Assembly: GCA_034669905.1 (NCBI GenBank)
Contig: JAXMOL010000011.1
Location: 1-64,000 of the forward strand
Source: Candidatus Hydrogenedentota bacterium
GTDB taxonomy: Bacteria; Hydrogenedentota; Hydrogenedentia; Hydrogenedentales; JAEUWI01
DNA: 64,000 nt
Reading direction: 5' to 3'
Part shown: one piece after another, positions 1 to 10,154 of the stretch
Layout: the number at the start of each line of letters is the position of its first letter
Numbering within the stretch: the first letter of the stretch is position 1
Notes under the pieces: generated by a model
What the model saw: only the letters and a program-made list of their open reading frames with translations
What the model was told of the DNA's origin: nothing
The model's database searches: none
Program-made: the position numbers and the translations under genes

Positions 1-289
1 TTCCAATCCACTGACAACTTGCTACTATCTTGTTTGGACATGATGTTTCCTTCTGGGGCCTACCGCCCCGGTTGTATTGGACCAGAAACATCATGTCCTT
101 TTTTGCAGAACTTATGAAACATAACCCGTTTTACATAGCGGGAGTCTCGGGGTCACTCCGAAGGCGAGGGTTGGCACCCGTGACCAGAGCACGGCGCGCA
201 CGGGCAACACAGGTCGCCAAACCGTTGCAATGGCGGCGCATGCTGCGCGCGCGGACCCCGGAAATGCCCGCACAGGATGCCATACCAAT

Positions 290-3079
290 TCAAGGAAGGT
301 ACTTGGCCATCACGCCCCGCAGGCTCTTTGCATTGATGGGCTTGGTGATGTGATCGGTCATGCCCGCAGCCAGGCACGCCTCTCGATCCCCTTTCATCGC
401 GTTGGCGGTCAACGCCACGATAGGCACACGGCTCACCGGCCCCTCCATCTCCCGAATCCGGGACGATGCCTCATAGCCGTCCATCTCGGGCATTTGACAA
501 TCCATCAGGATCAGGTCGAAATGAAATTCTTCCACGGCACGCAGCGCCTCCAGGCCATTGCCCACCACCTCAAATCGATAGCCCATCTTTCGAAGCATGT
601 GGCCTGCGACCTTTTGATTGACGGAATTATCTTCAACAACCAGAATTCGGTACCGCCTATGTGACTCGGATTCACGCGCCGCTTCGTCTCCGTCCTTTTT
701 CTCACCGGGCGAAGAAGTACCGATTTCCTCCCCAAACGATTTGGCCAGACAGTCCAAGAGCGTAGACTGACGGGCGGGCAATACGAGACGGCCCGTCATT
801 GGGATGTCCTCCGGGAGCGCGAGGCCCTTGAAATCACGTTTCGTCCCAAAGGCGACGATCCCCCGAACGATTCCTTCGTGCAGTCCCGCGGCAATGGCAG
901 ACAGCGCAGCCTCTCTCTTCGCCAACAGGTCGGCCGCGATGAAAACAACGGGAACCTCGGCCCCCTCCGCGGCCTGCCCTTGCAAGGCAGCACGGCAGGA
1001 TTCAGCATCGCCCACAGGACGACAGTCGATCTCGTAGCAGCTCAGCCGCTCCACGATAGACTGGCTTCGCTCCGCATCATAATCGAGGATCAGAATTTTC
1101 CGCCCCGACAGCTTCAATTCGAAGGCGGACGACGGGCCCTTCTCACTAACCACGCGTAAGGGCACCACAAACCAGAACCGCGACCCCTCCCCCGGCTCAC
1201 TTTCCACCCCAATGGTGCCGCCCATAAGCTCCACGAGCTGTTTCGAAATAGACAGCCCCAACCCGGTCCCACCAAATCGTCTCGCCGTAGAGCGATCCGC
1301 CTGGGTGAACGGATTAAAGACATGCTCGATACTTTCTTTCGGTATTCCGATGCCCGAATCCTGGACGCTGAATTCAAGAAAGGCACTATCGTTCACGCGT
1401 TCAACGACGTTGACGGACAAAACGACATCGCCCGCCTCCGTAAATTTCACCGCGTTGGAAAGAAAGTTCAGCAGTATCTGCCGAAGCCTGCCAGGATCCA
1501 CCTCCACCGTATGGGGAATGGCGCGATCGGCCCTGAAATGAAGCAGAATTCCTTTCTTCTCCGCCTGAAGCCCCACCAGCTCGATAACATCTTCGAGCAA
1601 TGGATAAAGTTCCACATCCAGCCATTCCAGCTCGAGCTTGCCCGCCTCAATCTTTGAGAAGTCCAGGATGTCGTTGATAATTGTCATCAGGGACTCTCCG
1701 CTGCGGCGGACGGTTTCCGCATAACTGCGCTGCTGGTCGTCCAAATCGGTATCGAGGAGTACATTTGTCATCCCGATGACACCGTTCATGGGGGTCCGTA
1801 TTTCGTGGCTCATGTTGGCAAGGAACGTACTGCGCGCATTCACTTCGGCTTCCGCGTGGACCCGATCGGTAACTTCCTTTTCCAGCGCATCGCTCTGACG
1901 GCGAATCTCCTCCATCATGAACTCAAATTTCTGGGTGAGGAGTCCCACCTCCCCCGTGGAAGACCGGGGCAGTTCCACCGATTCCCCTTTGGTGTAGGCC
2001 ACGACGGCGGCGGTTATCTGATTGAGCGGGCGCAAGAGGGAGCGGGACAAGAGAATGGCCACACACACACTCAATAGCGATGCCAGCACCCCGGCCAGGA
2101 TACTCGCGGACTGGACGCCGGAAATGCTGGACGTAAGGTCGCTGTAGGGAAGTACTTCGACAAAGCTCATGCCCTCTCCGCCCTGGATCTCTATCGGGAA
2201 AGACAGAAGGGCAATACGTTGCCCATCTTTGTATGCGTCGGTCTCCTCAATCGATGCGCCGGCCAGAATGGTGTCTGCCCAATCGGGATACTCCTCCTGA
2301 ATCCGGGAGGGATTGTTCAGCTCGTGGCCAAACTCTTTCGCTCGGTCCGGATGTATCAAGTAATAGCCGCCCTTATTGACCAGATAGGTCCGGGCGCCCG
2401 GCCACGTCGTACGGCGCATTCGCTCCAGATGGTCCGTCACATCCATGTTGACGATGAGAATCCCATACGGCTGGCCGGTGTGGTCATAAACTGGCGTGGC
2501 AATGCGCAAAACGGGCCAATGGGGTTCCTCGATTTTCCCATGCTCCCGATTCAGCTCCAGGGCTGAGGCATAGTACGCCCCATTTTCCAATCGAATCGTT
2601 TCCTGAAAATAGCCCGTTTCGCCCTTCGCCTGTAACTCATCGGCCGGGACCACACGAATCGCCCCCGTACTTCTCACCCGCTCCACCCGAACCATCTCAC
2701 GCCCGCCGTCCGCAACGCCGATATAGCGAAGCTGGGCAAAGCCTGGATTGGCAATCAGGATGCCCTCGAATATCCTGCACAGCCTTGCTTTCCACTGTGC
2801 CTCGGTGGTCTGGTCATAGGGATCGATACCCCCACTGTGCTGGGCGCGCATTATGCCATCAATCGGCGGGGTTACACTCAGCGCGAGAACGTCGGCGCGG
2901 GCAATGCGCACCTCTGACAGGAACTCCTGTGCCCGCAGTTGTATCTCCAAGCGAAGTTCGGAGACCTCCTTCGGGATGATAGCGGTCTCCAGATTCTTAT
3001 ATACCATCCCCCCCACGGCCAGGGCGGTGACTACCACCAGCCCGACCATAGCGAGTACGATTTTTGTGGATAATTTCAT
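290..3079 (-). CDS. Hybrid sensor histidine kinase/response regulator (TM, Cache-like sensor, HAMP, HisKA, HATPase_c, receiver)
   Basis: H-box [16 protein letters not shown]-box [16 protein letters not shown]-boxes DSGIG and GGTGLGL, C-terminal receiver ILVVEDN...[14 protein letters not shown]; two TM segments. Confidence 0.95.
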   Translation of the reverse strand: MKLSTKIVLAMVGLVVVTALAVGGMVYKNLETAIIPKEVSELRLEIQLRAQEFLSEVRIARADVLALSVTPPIDGIMRAQHSGGIDPYDQTTEAQWKARLCRIFEGILIANPGFAQLRYIGVADGGREMVRVERVRSTGAIRVVPADELQAKGETGYFQETIRLENGAYYASALELNREHGKIEEPHWPVLRIATPVYDHTGQPYGILIVNMDVTDHLERMRRTTWPGARTYLVNKGGYYLIHPDRAKEFGHELNNPSRIQEEYPDWADTILAGASIEETDAYKDGQRIALLSFPIEIQGGEGMSFVEVLPYSDLTSSISGVQSASILAGVLASLLSVCVAILLSRSLLRPLNQITAAVVAYTKGESVELPRSSTGEVGLLTQKFEFMMEEIRRQSDALEKEVTDRVHAEAEVNARSTFLANMSHEIRTPMNGVIGMTNVLLDTDLDDQQRSYAETVRRSGESLMTIINDILDFSKIEAGKLELEWLDVELYPLLEDVIELVGLQAEKKGILLHFRADRAIPHTVEVDPGRLRQILLNFLSNAVKFTEAGDVVLSVNVVERVNDSAFLEFSVQDSGIGIPKESIEHVFNPFTQADRSTARRFGGTGLGLSISKQLVELMGGTIGVESEPGEGSRFWFVVPLRVVSEKGPSSAFELKLSGRKILILDYDAERSQSIVERLSCYEIDCRPVGDAESCRAALQGQAAEGAEVPVVFIAADLLAKREAALSAIAAGLHEGIVRGIVAFGTKRDFKGLALPEDIPMTGRLVLPARQSTLLDCLAKSFGEEIGTSSPGEKKDGDEAARESESHRRYRILVVEDNSVNQKVAGHMLRKMGYRFEVVGNGLEALRAVEEFHFDLILMDCQMPEMDGYEASSRIREMEGPVSRVPIVALTANAMKGDREACLAAGMTDHITKPINAKSLRGVMAKYLP

Positions 3080-3223
3080 GAGGTTTAATCCAACCTGCCC
3101 GACACGTTGCCGCTATCGCGTTTGAATTCAATCGTAAGAGTTTCATCTTCTCATTGCAAGGGGATGAGACAGCGCCAGCCCCCTCGCCCCCATCCCACCA
3201 TGCCCCGCGGGACCACTGAAAAC

Positions 3224-3269
3224 AAAAAAAACCGCACAACCACGCTCATGACGGAGCAGGCTGTGCGGT
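3224..3269 (-). terminator. Probable original host terminator of the tRNA-Val gene, now outside the left att
   Basis: Stem ACCGCACA...TGTGCGGT with an adjacent A-run (U-tract on the minus strand), just beyond the tRNA 3' fragment. Confidence 0.55.
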
Positions 3270-3282
3270 ATGGGGGGGCAAT

Positions 3283-3332
3283 ATGGTGGGCGATACAAGA
3301 TTCGAACTTGTGACCTCTGCCGTGTGAAGGCA
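3283..3332 (-). repeat. att site: displaced 3' part of tRNA-Val, identical to 55043-55092
   Basis: ATGGTGGGCGATACAAGATTCGAACTTGTGACCTCTGCCGTGTGAAGGCA occurs at both positions; it covers the anticodon arm, T-arm and CCA. Confidence 0.97.
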
Positions 3333-3469
3333 ATTTATTATGAATTCTCGAGATACATCCTTCGACAAATATGAACACCCTATGGTATAATAACCTTGAT
3401 TTTAAGGGGCAAAATATACTTTTTAGTTACGAGTAGTTTACTGTTGTGTTTGCCGGTCTCAAAATCTCC

Positions 3470-3489
3470 GGTAACGGAGCGGTAACGGA
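3470..3489 (+). promoter_or_regulatory. Putative integrase arm-type binding site (tandem GGTAACGGA)
   Basis: GGTAACGGAGCGGTAACGGA, identical to 54959-54978 inside the other end. Confidence 0.75.
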
Positions 3490-3513
3490 AGTTTAGCAAA
3501 GAGATACTACAAT

Positions 3514-4770
3514 ATGAAGATGCGACTTACCAATTCTGTAGTCAATCGGCTCCAACCGGGACCGACTTACTACGACACCCATGATTCTGAAGTGCCAGGC
3601 TTCCTGATACGGACCCAACCTAGTGGAAAGCGTATTTTTCACCTACGATATACCCTGCCAAATGGAGAACGGCGCTCCATTCGTGTAGGAGATGCCGCTG
3701 TACTCACCGTAGCCGAAGCACGGGACATTGCCAAGACTCACTGGGCCGCAGCAGCACACGGTGAAGACCCCCAGGCAGCGAAGCAAGAAAATCCGTGCCA
3801 CACCCTTGGTTCATTTCTCACCGAGGTATACGTACATCGCGCGACCCACAAAACGGTCAACGAGACCGTGACGAGAGTCAAAAAATCCTTTCCTGACCTG
3901 CTAAAGAAGCCGATGGACGAAATTCGTCCGATGTGGATGGAACACTGGAGAAAAGCACGTCTGGACGCGGGAACCAAGAAGTCTACGGTGAACAGAGATA
4001 TCACTGCACTACGGAGCGTTCTATCTCGCGCCCTCGATTGGGGGTTTCTTGAGAACCATCCGCTCGCCCGTGTCAAACCGTGCAAGATAGACCAAACCAG
4101 TAAACCCCGTTATTTGACTGCGAAGGAACTGGAACAATTCCACAAAGCGTTGGATGTTCGCGAGTTCAAACTGAGAGAAAAGCGAGCCAACTTCAACAAG
4201 TGGCGACGTGACCGTGGTCAGCTAGAGCTACCAGATTTGACCGCATTCGCCTATGCAGATCATCTTAAGCCACTGGTTCTATTGGCCCTGAATACAGGAC
4301 TGCGTCGAGGAGAACTTTTTAACCTGGAATGGTCGGATTGCGACCTAGACAGCGATTCACCGGTATTGACCGTCCGGGGTGAAGCGGCGAAGTCGGGCAA
4401 AACGCGTCATATCCCGTTGAACAACGTCGCGCTGAATCTCCTCAAGGATTGGAAAGCTCAAACGGAGGATGTTGGGCTTGTCTTCAAGAGTTCGAAGACC
4501 GGCGGTCGCTTCGACAACATTAACAAATCATGGAAAAGCCTGATAAAAGATGCAAAACTGACCGACTTTCGGTTCCATGACACACGCCATCATTTTGCGT
4601 CCATGCTCGTTCAGAAAGGAGTAGACCTCAACGTCGTCCGTGAACTACTAGGCCACGCAGACCTGACTCTCACGCTCCGATACGCTCACCTCGCCCCCAA
4701 AAATGCAGCGGCGGCCGTTGCGCTGCTTGATGACTCTAAGGCACCGAGCAAGAAAATGAGGGCAAGCTAA
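3514..4770 (+). CDS. int: Tyrosine recombinase/integrase with N-terminal arm-binding domain
   Basis: Catalytic motifs TGLRRGEL, FHDTRHHFAS, LLGHAD, RYAH; N-terminal DSEVPGFLIR arm-binding-type domain; adjacent to att. Confidence 0.96.
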   Translation: MKMRLTNSVVNRLQPGPTYYDTHDSEVPGFLIRTQPSGKRIFHLRYTLPNGERRSIRVGDAAVLTVAEARDIAKTHWAAAAHGEDPQAAKQENPCHTLGSFLTEVYVHRATHKTVNETVTRVKKSFPDLLKKPMDEIRPMWMEHWRKARLDAGTKKSTVNRDITALRSVLSRALDWGFLENHPLARVKPCKIDQTSKPRYLTAKELEQFHKALDVREFKLREKRANFNKWRRDRGQLELPDLTAFAYADHLKPLVLLALNTGLRRGELFNLEWSDCDLDSDSPVLTVRGEAAKSGKTRHIPLNNVALNLLKDWKAQTEDVGLVFKSSKTGGRFDNINKSWKSLIKDAKLTDFRFHDTRHHFASMLVQKGVDLNVVRELLGHADLTLTLRYAHLAPKNAAAAVALLDDSKAPSKKMRAS

Positions 4771-5297
4771 AGATGAATTCCGGTCTCATGGTCACTTCTG
4801 GCTGTGGCCAAGAGGCAAGCCAGCCACGATGTCGATTGACCCTCGCCATACGATGAGGGAACCTTTTTGCAACCCAGGGAATAAACCACCCCATAGCCTT
4901 GTTTACTTTAACCCCGGTTGAGGGATTGTCCCCTCGCAAAACGAAGGAGGATACGCCTTACAAATAGCATGCCCCAATAACACAACATACTACTACACTC
5001 ATTTAAATTTACGTATCTCAACAACATTGCTTTTAATACACCCAACTCCGGCGCCTATCGCTTCGAAGTCATGGGAGTGACTGGTCGGTCAATTTGCCGG
5101 CCTGCTTGTAATACTAATCGGTTCGGAACTCGTGTTCCGTTACGGGAGAGGTGCAAGTATTCGTCGCTCGATTTACTTCGGACTGATTGTGGGCGCTGTC
5201 TCCATTTTAGGGCCAGCCCTGCCCCGGTCTCTTCCGACTTCGAGCTCCCGAAAATGTAATCGAAGGGGAATGCCCCTTTCGATGCAGGAGCATAGCA

Positions 5298-6092
5298 ATG
5301 TTTAAAGAGGTTATTTTTAGACCGATTGTTACCTTTACTGAAGAATTCCAGGAAGACCTGGAACCAAAAGACGCTGTCGTACAAAATCTACATGACGACG
5401 TCATGACAACTATGGGCACGCCGAACTGGCTACAGCTAGCACTTTCTGGTCAGCACGGCACGCTCTGCAATGCAACTTCCGTTGATAGAAAATCCATCGC
5501 GGGGCTCACACCTTTGCAAAACGAGTGGATAAGGCGATACACCCGGCCGAGTATCGCTGTTAACCTACCGCTATGGGCCGAGCAGCTACCCGAGAATTTC
5601 TCCCTTGAGTATCTGCTTTCTCACGTGTTGGAAAACAATTGGGACCTGACTGACGTGGGCTGGGACAAGGCCTACGAAATTGGGGTGGCACAGCGTTTCG
5701 AGGAACCGGATTCCGATGCGCCGTCCGAATATGAGGGCTGGCTGAGCAATAAGGAAGCCGCTGTCCGGCTCAAAGGGAAAGTCCTTGGAATAAAAGAGTC
5801 TGACGAAGAAATCTATGACGAGGAAAGTGTCAACATCTTTAAGCAATACAAGTCCAGGGTCTGCAAAGAACGGGATAAGGGTAGAATTCGAACCAACGGA
5901 ATAAAAGGCAAAGGTTGTCTATATGATCCAGTTGGCTTAGAAGCGCTGGCGCTCAGGATTCGAGACAAGAAAACGGATGACCTAGATGACGAGCCCGACC
6001 TTGGGTATCGTAGAAAGGGCAATGCCAGCAACCACAGCGACGGTGGCGTCAACAACCACAGCGGATATCACGGAGCCAAACTGAAGTTTTAG
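5298..6092 (+). CDS. Hypothetical protein with a possible C-terminal excisionase/MerR-like winged HTH
   Basis: RBS AGGAG; segment WLSNKEAAVRL...GRIRTNG...YDPVGLEAL resembles the HTH_17 pattern. Confidence 0.6.
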   Translation: MFKEVIFRPIVTFTEEFQEDLEPKDAVVQNLHDDVMTTMGTPNWLQLALSGQHGTLCNATSVDRKSIAGLTPLQNEWIRRYTRPSIAVNLPLWAEQLPENFSLEYLLSHVLENNWDLTDVGWDKAYEIGVAQRFEEPDSDAPSEYEGWLSNKEAAVRLKGKVLGIKESDEEIYDEESVNIFKQYKSRVCKERDKGRIRTNGIKGKGCLYDPVGLEALALRIRDKKTDDLDDEPDLGYRRKGNASNHSDGGVNNHSGYHGAKLKF

Positions 6093-6136
6093 CCCCCCTT
6101 GTTCCCACCATCTTCTGTAATCACCGGTGTTTCCAG

Positions 6137-6195
6137 GGGAAACGTCACGTGAAACGTTTCACCCTCCAAACATCATGGCACCATTACTCCAGAAC
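6137..6195 (+). promoter_or_regulatory. Repeated promoter-like element, copy 1 (upstream of the AlpA-like gene)
   Basis: GGGAAAC-N6-GAAACGTTTCACCC...TTACTCCAGAAC; homologous to 6781-6839 and 22835-22894. Confidence 0.7.
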
Positions 6196-6231
6196 ACGGG
6201 TGTAATCCCGGTAAACAGGAGTAAAAACCAA

Positions 6232-6453
6232 ATGGAAAGTAAACAGCACTTATCCCCTGCGGTCCTCAACGAAGAAGAAACCGCAATCTACATTGGAATG
6301 TCCCGAGGATTTCTGCGTCGCTGCAGGATGAACGGGAGAACAAAATCTGGCGCAAGAGGCCCCGCTTATGTGCGCGTCCCCGGCAGTCGCACCATACGTT
6401 ATCGGTTGGAAGACCTCGACGCATGGCTGCTGGAGAATCGATACGGCGTGTAG
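6232..6453 (+). CDS. AlpA/excisionase-like HTH protein
   Basis: RBS AGGAG then ATG at 6232; LNEEETAIYIGMS...GPAYVRV...IRYRLEDLDAWL. Confidence 0.85.
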   Translation: MESKQHLSPAVLNEEETAIYIGMSRGFLRRCRMNGRTKSGARGPAYVRVPGSRTIRYRLEDLDAWLLENRYGV

Positions 6454-6482
6454 TGTCAGACGAACATCAATGACAGCGGTTT

Positions 6483-6516
6483 AATACGCCGGAGATGAAT
6501 TACTCTCCGGCGTATT
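6483..6516 (+). terminator. Hairpin after the AlpA-like gene
   Basis: AATACGCCGGAGA-N8-TCTCCGGCGTATT perfect stem; related to 7665-7696. Confidence 0.6.
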
Positions 6517-6532
6517 CGCTTTCAAGGGGGCG

Positions 6533-6554
6533 AAAAACCGAATATTCGGTTTTT
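6533..6554. promoter_or_regulatory. Palindromic operator-like site A
   Basis: Perfect 22-bp palindrome AAAAACCGAATATTCGGTTTTT; related copies at 47080 and 51911. Confidence 0.65.
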
Positions 6555-6564
6555 TGGCCACCAC

Positions 6565-6578
6565 GTTAAGCGCTTAAC
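6565..6578. promoter_or_regulatory. Palindromic site B (GTTAAGCGCTTAAC)
   Basis: One of five GTTAWGCGCWTAAC-like copies in the island. Confidence 0.65.
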
Positions 6579-6780
6579 CCAGGTATGCGGTGCTCACACA
6601 TTTCTGTCGGGTTCGTCACCAATTCCACCAAAGCGCCGGACGGTGAATGGGCTCCAAGGGGGCGTGCCTGGCGTTTCCCTGGCACAATTTTCCCCCTGGT
6701 CGCCAGGAGTATTCCTCGCTTTTCCAGTGGCCTGACACCCCTTTGTTTCCGCTCCCACCGATTTCCTCCAATAGATACAA

Positions 6781-6839
6781 GGGAAACATCAGGGGAAACG
6801 TTTCACCCCCTGTTTCCACAGGCAAAATTACTCCAGAAC
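6781..6839 (+). promoter_or_regulatory. Repeated promoter-like element, copy 2 (upstream of the SMI1/KNR4 gene)
   Basis: Shares 23 identical bp (AACGTTTCACCCCCTGTTTCCAC) with copy 3 and TTACTCCAGAAC with copy 1. Confidence 0.7.
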
Positions 6840-6871
6840 GCGGATACAACCCCCCCGCATAGAGGAAAAAA

Positions 6872-7591
6872 ATGAATTGCATTCAGTATTATTTGAACGA
6901 CACGAAATTGGACACAGAACTTAGAGAAGCACTCTTGAATCGATGCATTCGGCGTAGAGCCCCGTATGCAGACAAGGTGGAGGTTTGGTGGCTCAAGGAG
7001 CGAAAGGGCACCTTTTCATACGAGAACAGGGATTTCAACGACTTGGTGAAGCAGATGAGTAGCTATTTGGCTGTTTTTCGTCCACAACTCCTGGAGGGAT
7101 TTAACGAGCCTGTAGGGCAAGTTGAATTTGATCGATTCGAGCGAGAGACTGGTCTGATTCTGCCCAGAGAATACAAGTCATTGCTCGGCTGGCGAGGTGG
7201 GCAGATAGATCACTTCGAAGACTATTTTGACCCTTTCGGGGTAGAAGCACTCATGTCTCTTCAGCATGCGCGGGAAGAGCGGGAATATCTCAATGAACTT
7301 ATTGAGGATGGTAGTCTTCCAGAGGGTCATTGGGATCATTCTTGGCTTCCGTTTACCAAAGATGGCCTTGGCAATCACACTTGTGTCGATCTCACGCCAA
7401 AAACCTATGGAGAGGTCCTTATCTTTGACCTCGAAATAGGTGGCCGTATTCGCCATTATGAGAATATGACGGCTTGGTTGGCGGAGTTGATGGACAAGCT
7501 GGAATTCGAGGACGAGATCTTTTTAGAGTCGAAGTGTTTTTCGACAGAAGTAGTCCACCCCGAAACAATTGGCCGCGATCAGCCGAAATAG
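6872..7591 (+). CDS. SMI1/KNR4 (SUKH) family protein
   Basis: FNEPV...FERETGLILPREYKSLL, WLPFTKDGLGNHTCVDL, GEVLIFD. Confidence 0.8.
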   Translation: MNCIQYYLNDTKLDTELREALLNRCIRRRAPYADKVEVWWLKERKGTFSYENRDFNDLVKQMSSYLAVFRPQLLEGFNEPVGQVEFDRFERETGLILPREYKSLLGWRGGQIDHFEDYFDPFGVEALMSLQHAREEREYLNELIEDGSLPEGHWDHSWLPFTKDGLGNHTCVDLTPKTYGEVLIFDLEIGGRIRHYENMTAWLAELMDKLEFEDEIFLESKCFSTEVVHPETIGRDQPK

Positions 7592-7664
7592 CAAGGTGGC
7601 CGCTCCCGAAATTTGCGGTCGAAGTTCGAAGACTAGATTTAGATGGCAAATCGCATGAATGAAG

Positions 7665-7696
7665 ACACGCCGGAGATGCGATATTCTCTGGCGTGT
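7665..7696. terminator. Hairpin between convergent genes
   Basis: ACACGCCGGAGA-N8-TCTCTGGCGTGT; similar to 6483-6516. Confidence 0.6.
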
Positions 7697-7712
7697 TTCT
7701 CTATGTAGTGCC

Positions 7713-8408
7713 TTAGGGCAGCACATCCAGGGCCGTTTCGCAGATCAATGACCAGATACGCCGATCCCGCTGATACAGACTCGGCAAATCATGACAGGTT
7801 CCATCGTTCCGGAATAGTCTGCCGCTTGTGTCCAGGCACAAGACCGGGGCCTCATCCTTCAGGAGAAACCAAAAATTGTAGCTGTACTCTTCCATGATCG
7901 GGGTGCCATACCTGACCACATCTTGTTTCTTCAGTAGCGGGAATTGCTCGAAAAGTTCACGCCTTACGCGACACCCCACGAATCCGCTGCTGTCTTCAAA
8001 ACCGTTCCGGCACTGCCATTTCTCAAGTCTGCCGACCGAATGCGGAAGGAAATCAGCGATGTATCTATACGTGAGCGTTGCGGGTGTTGATGCAGGAAGC
8101 TTTTTCGCTTTGGGTAGGCGCGCTTCATCGGCTATCTCGTCCAGAAAAATCTTCGGTGATGGGCCAAGCATTCTGGCCATCCAATCCGGATAAGAACGCT
8201 CACCAGCGATATGAACGTGAACGCTTCCACCACGAATGACGTCAATCAAGGTCGCTGAATCTCTCCCCCTGGTACGCAATGCGAGACAGTCGTATTGCCC
8301 GCCACCGGAATGCATCTCAATTAGATCAAAGCGTTTTGGCCACTGCCTCCAGAGTTCCGTGACAAAACGCCAGGAGACGATTTCTGTAATCTGCTGATCT
8401 GCATTCAT
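7713..8408 (-). CDS. Hypothetical protein, probable TY-Chap2-like (YbjN/T3SS chaperone-like) family
   Basis: SWRFVTELWR and LIEMHSGGGQYDCL motif recalled as TY-Chap2-like; RBS GGAGGG; last gene of the ARG operon. Confidence 0.6.
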   Translation of the reverse strand: MNADQQITEIVSWRFVTELWRQWPKRFDLIEMHSGGGQYDCLALRTRGRDSATLIDVIRGGSVHVHIAGERSYPDWMARMLGPSPKIFLDEIADEARLPKAKKLPASTPATLTYRYIADFLPHSVGRLEKWQCRNGFEDSSGFVGCRVRRELFEQFPLLKKQDVVRYGTPIMEEYSYNFWFLLKDEAPVLCLDTSGRLFRNDGTCHDLPSLYQRDRRIWSLICETALDVLP

Positions 8409-8429
8409 ATCTGCCCTCCAGGTGCCTCC

Positions 8430-10154
8430 CTAGAAGCACCCAGCTTCGTGAAGGTCGTCTATTAGGTTCTCGGAAACCAGGAGTATCAGACGGTCCTGCG
8501 CTCTCGTAGCTGCCACGTAAAGTAGAGCCTTATCCGACGCTGAGCTAATTTTTTCTATATCCGTTACGATGACGGCAGACGCTTCGAGTCCTTTAAACGC
8601 ATGAATCGTGCAGCACGGTATGTGCCCGTCTCCTGTACCATTCAGAGGCTTTATGCGTTCTTTCCAGGGACTGACATCGACGGAAGGCACGATAGAATTC
8701 GCTGTTCTGCAAGGAGAAAGAATGACAATATCATCTCCCCGAAAGCCTTGTTTCCAGAGTTCGTTCAGCGTTTCTATCAGATGGTCCGCCTGAGGATACC
8801 TACTACCATATAACTTGTAGGTAGGATGGGTCTTGGGGCCATTATCAGGACGAAGTATTCTGGTGTAGTCCGGGCTCAGGCGGCCTATTTTACTGGCTGC
8901 AGCTGCAATACCGGGCGTGTTCCGGCAGTTTATTCCGAGCGTGTAAACGGGAACAGCAATCTGAAGCACATCGAGAGTTTCCTCAAGGGAATTACCTCCG
9001 TAGATGGCTTGATTCTCGAAATCTCCAAACATCATCCACTTCCCGGACCGCAACCCGCCCTTCAGGACGGCGTCCAGGAAGTCCACGAATTCTTTTCTCA
9101 GGATATCCTGTGACTCGTCGATAATGAGCGCATCATAGGCCTCATCTTCATCCAGCTCCATTGCTTTCAGGGTGGCCAGTTCGGGCAATTCATAATGCCA
9201 GAATTCCTGCGTAGGCTTCTCGGGGACTTTATGCTCTCCAACCAGTCGCACCATGATTCCGTGTAGCGTGTCCGCCACCACCTTGGAACCCATTGGTTTA
9301 CACTTGCTCTGGAGCTCATTGCCCAGATTTCGATTGAAACATAGAAATAGGGTTTTCTGACCCACCCCGATAGACCGTTTGACCGCTTCCAAGGCGAGAA
9401 CCGTCTTTCCGGTACCTGCTGGCCCTTCAAAAACAACACGCTTGTTGGATTTCATCGCATCCAGCGCAGTGTACTGTTCCTCGGTGAATCGGATAACTTC
9501 AGCACTGCGTCGACGTCGTGCTGCTGCTGGGCTTTCCTTTGCCTCGAAATCTCCACGAAGAGATTGTGCAATTATTTCACACACTTTCGGACTCGGTGAT
9601 TCGGAAGTGGGGTCGAACCAATCGGACGTTTCGCAGCTGGAAAGGTGCTCACGGGCATTCTTCAGGACACCAATGACTAGTTCCGGGAAGGGCCTTGCCT
9701 TCCATTTCGGTCGGTCAATAACCTGCCAGCTATGCCATTCCGGTGAATCTTTCTCGAAGGGGATGAACGGGAAAACAACAGCAGACCAAAAGACCGTATC
9801 CCCCAAATCTTTGTGTTCGGTCAAGAGCCTCGATCTCAGGCTATACATGGCCTCAGCGGCCTGCCTAAATGGCCCCCTTGTGTCTCCCTTCTTGCTGGTC
9901 CCGTAATACCACAATCCCTCGCTACGATGAAGGCTTGTACAGCCCTTTACCTCAAGGCAAAGCACACCGAGCTTGGGAATCATGATAAGGAAATCGATTT
10001 CGCCTTCCACCTGCCTATCGTGTTGCGCAACGCCGAGTGAGTGCAATACGATCCAGTCGTCGGTGCCTACACCATTCCGAAGGTGGTAGAAGACCTCACG
10101 TTCACCGGTGCTGGAACAATCGTCCAAAATTTCGGGAGGAATCATACGGGCCAT
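8430..10154 (-). CDS. NERD nuclease fused to SF1 (UvrD-like) helicase
   Basis: GEIDFLI...LEVKG nuclease motif, Walker A GPAGTGKT, IIDESQD, TIHAFKGLE, LYVAATRA; ATG overlaps the upstream TAA (TAATG). Confidence 0.9.
   Translation of the reverse strand: MARMIPPEILDDCSSTGEREVFYHLRNGVGTDDWIVLHSLGVAQHDRQVEGEIDFLIMIPKLGVLCLEVKGCTSLHRSEGLWYYGTSKKGDTRGPFRQAAEAMYSLRSRLLTEHKDLGDTVFWSAVVFPFIPFEKDSPEWHSWQVIDRPKWKARPFPELVIGVLKNAREHLSSCETSDWFDPTSESPSPKVCEIIAQSLRGDFEAKESPAAARRRRSAEVIRFTEEQYTALDAMKSNKRVVFEGPAGTGKTVLALEAVKRSIGVGQKTLFLCFNRNLGNELQSKCKPMGSKVVADTLHGIMVRLVGEHKVPEKPTQEFWHYELPELATLKAMELDEDEAYDALIIDESQDILRKEFVDFLDAVLKGGLRSGKWMMFGDFENQAIYGGNSLEETLDVLQIAVPVYTLGINCRNTPGIAAAASKIGRLSPDYTRILRPDNGPKTHPTYKLYGSRYPQADHLIETLNELWKQGFRGDDIVILSPCRTANSIVPSVDVSPWKERIKPLNGTGDGHIPCCTIHAFKGLEASAVIVTDIEKISSASDKALLYVAATRAQDRLILLVSENLIDDLHEAGCF

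Noticed and set aside
1..41. Start of a minus-strand gene (MSKQDSSKLSVDW) with RBS GAAGGA
   Set aside because: Too little sequence in the window to call
3283..3332. Second tRNA gene
   Set aside because: It lacks the 5' acceptor strand and D-arm; it is only the att duplication
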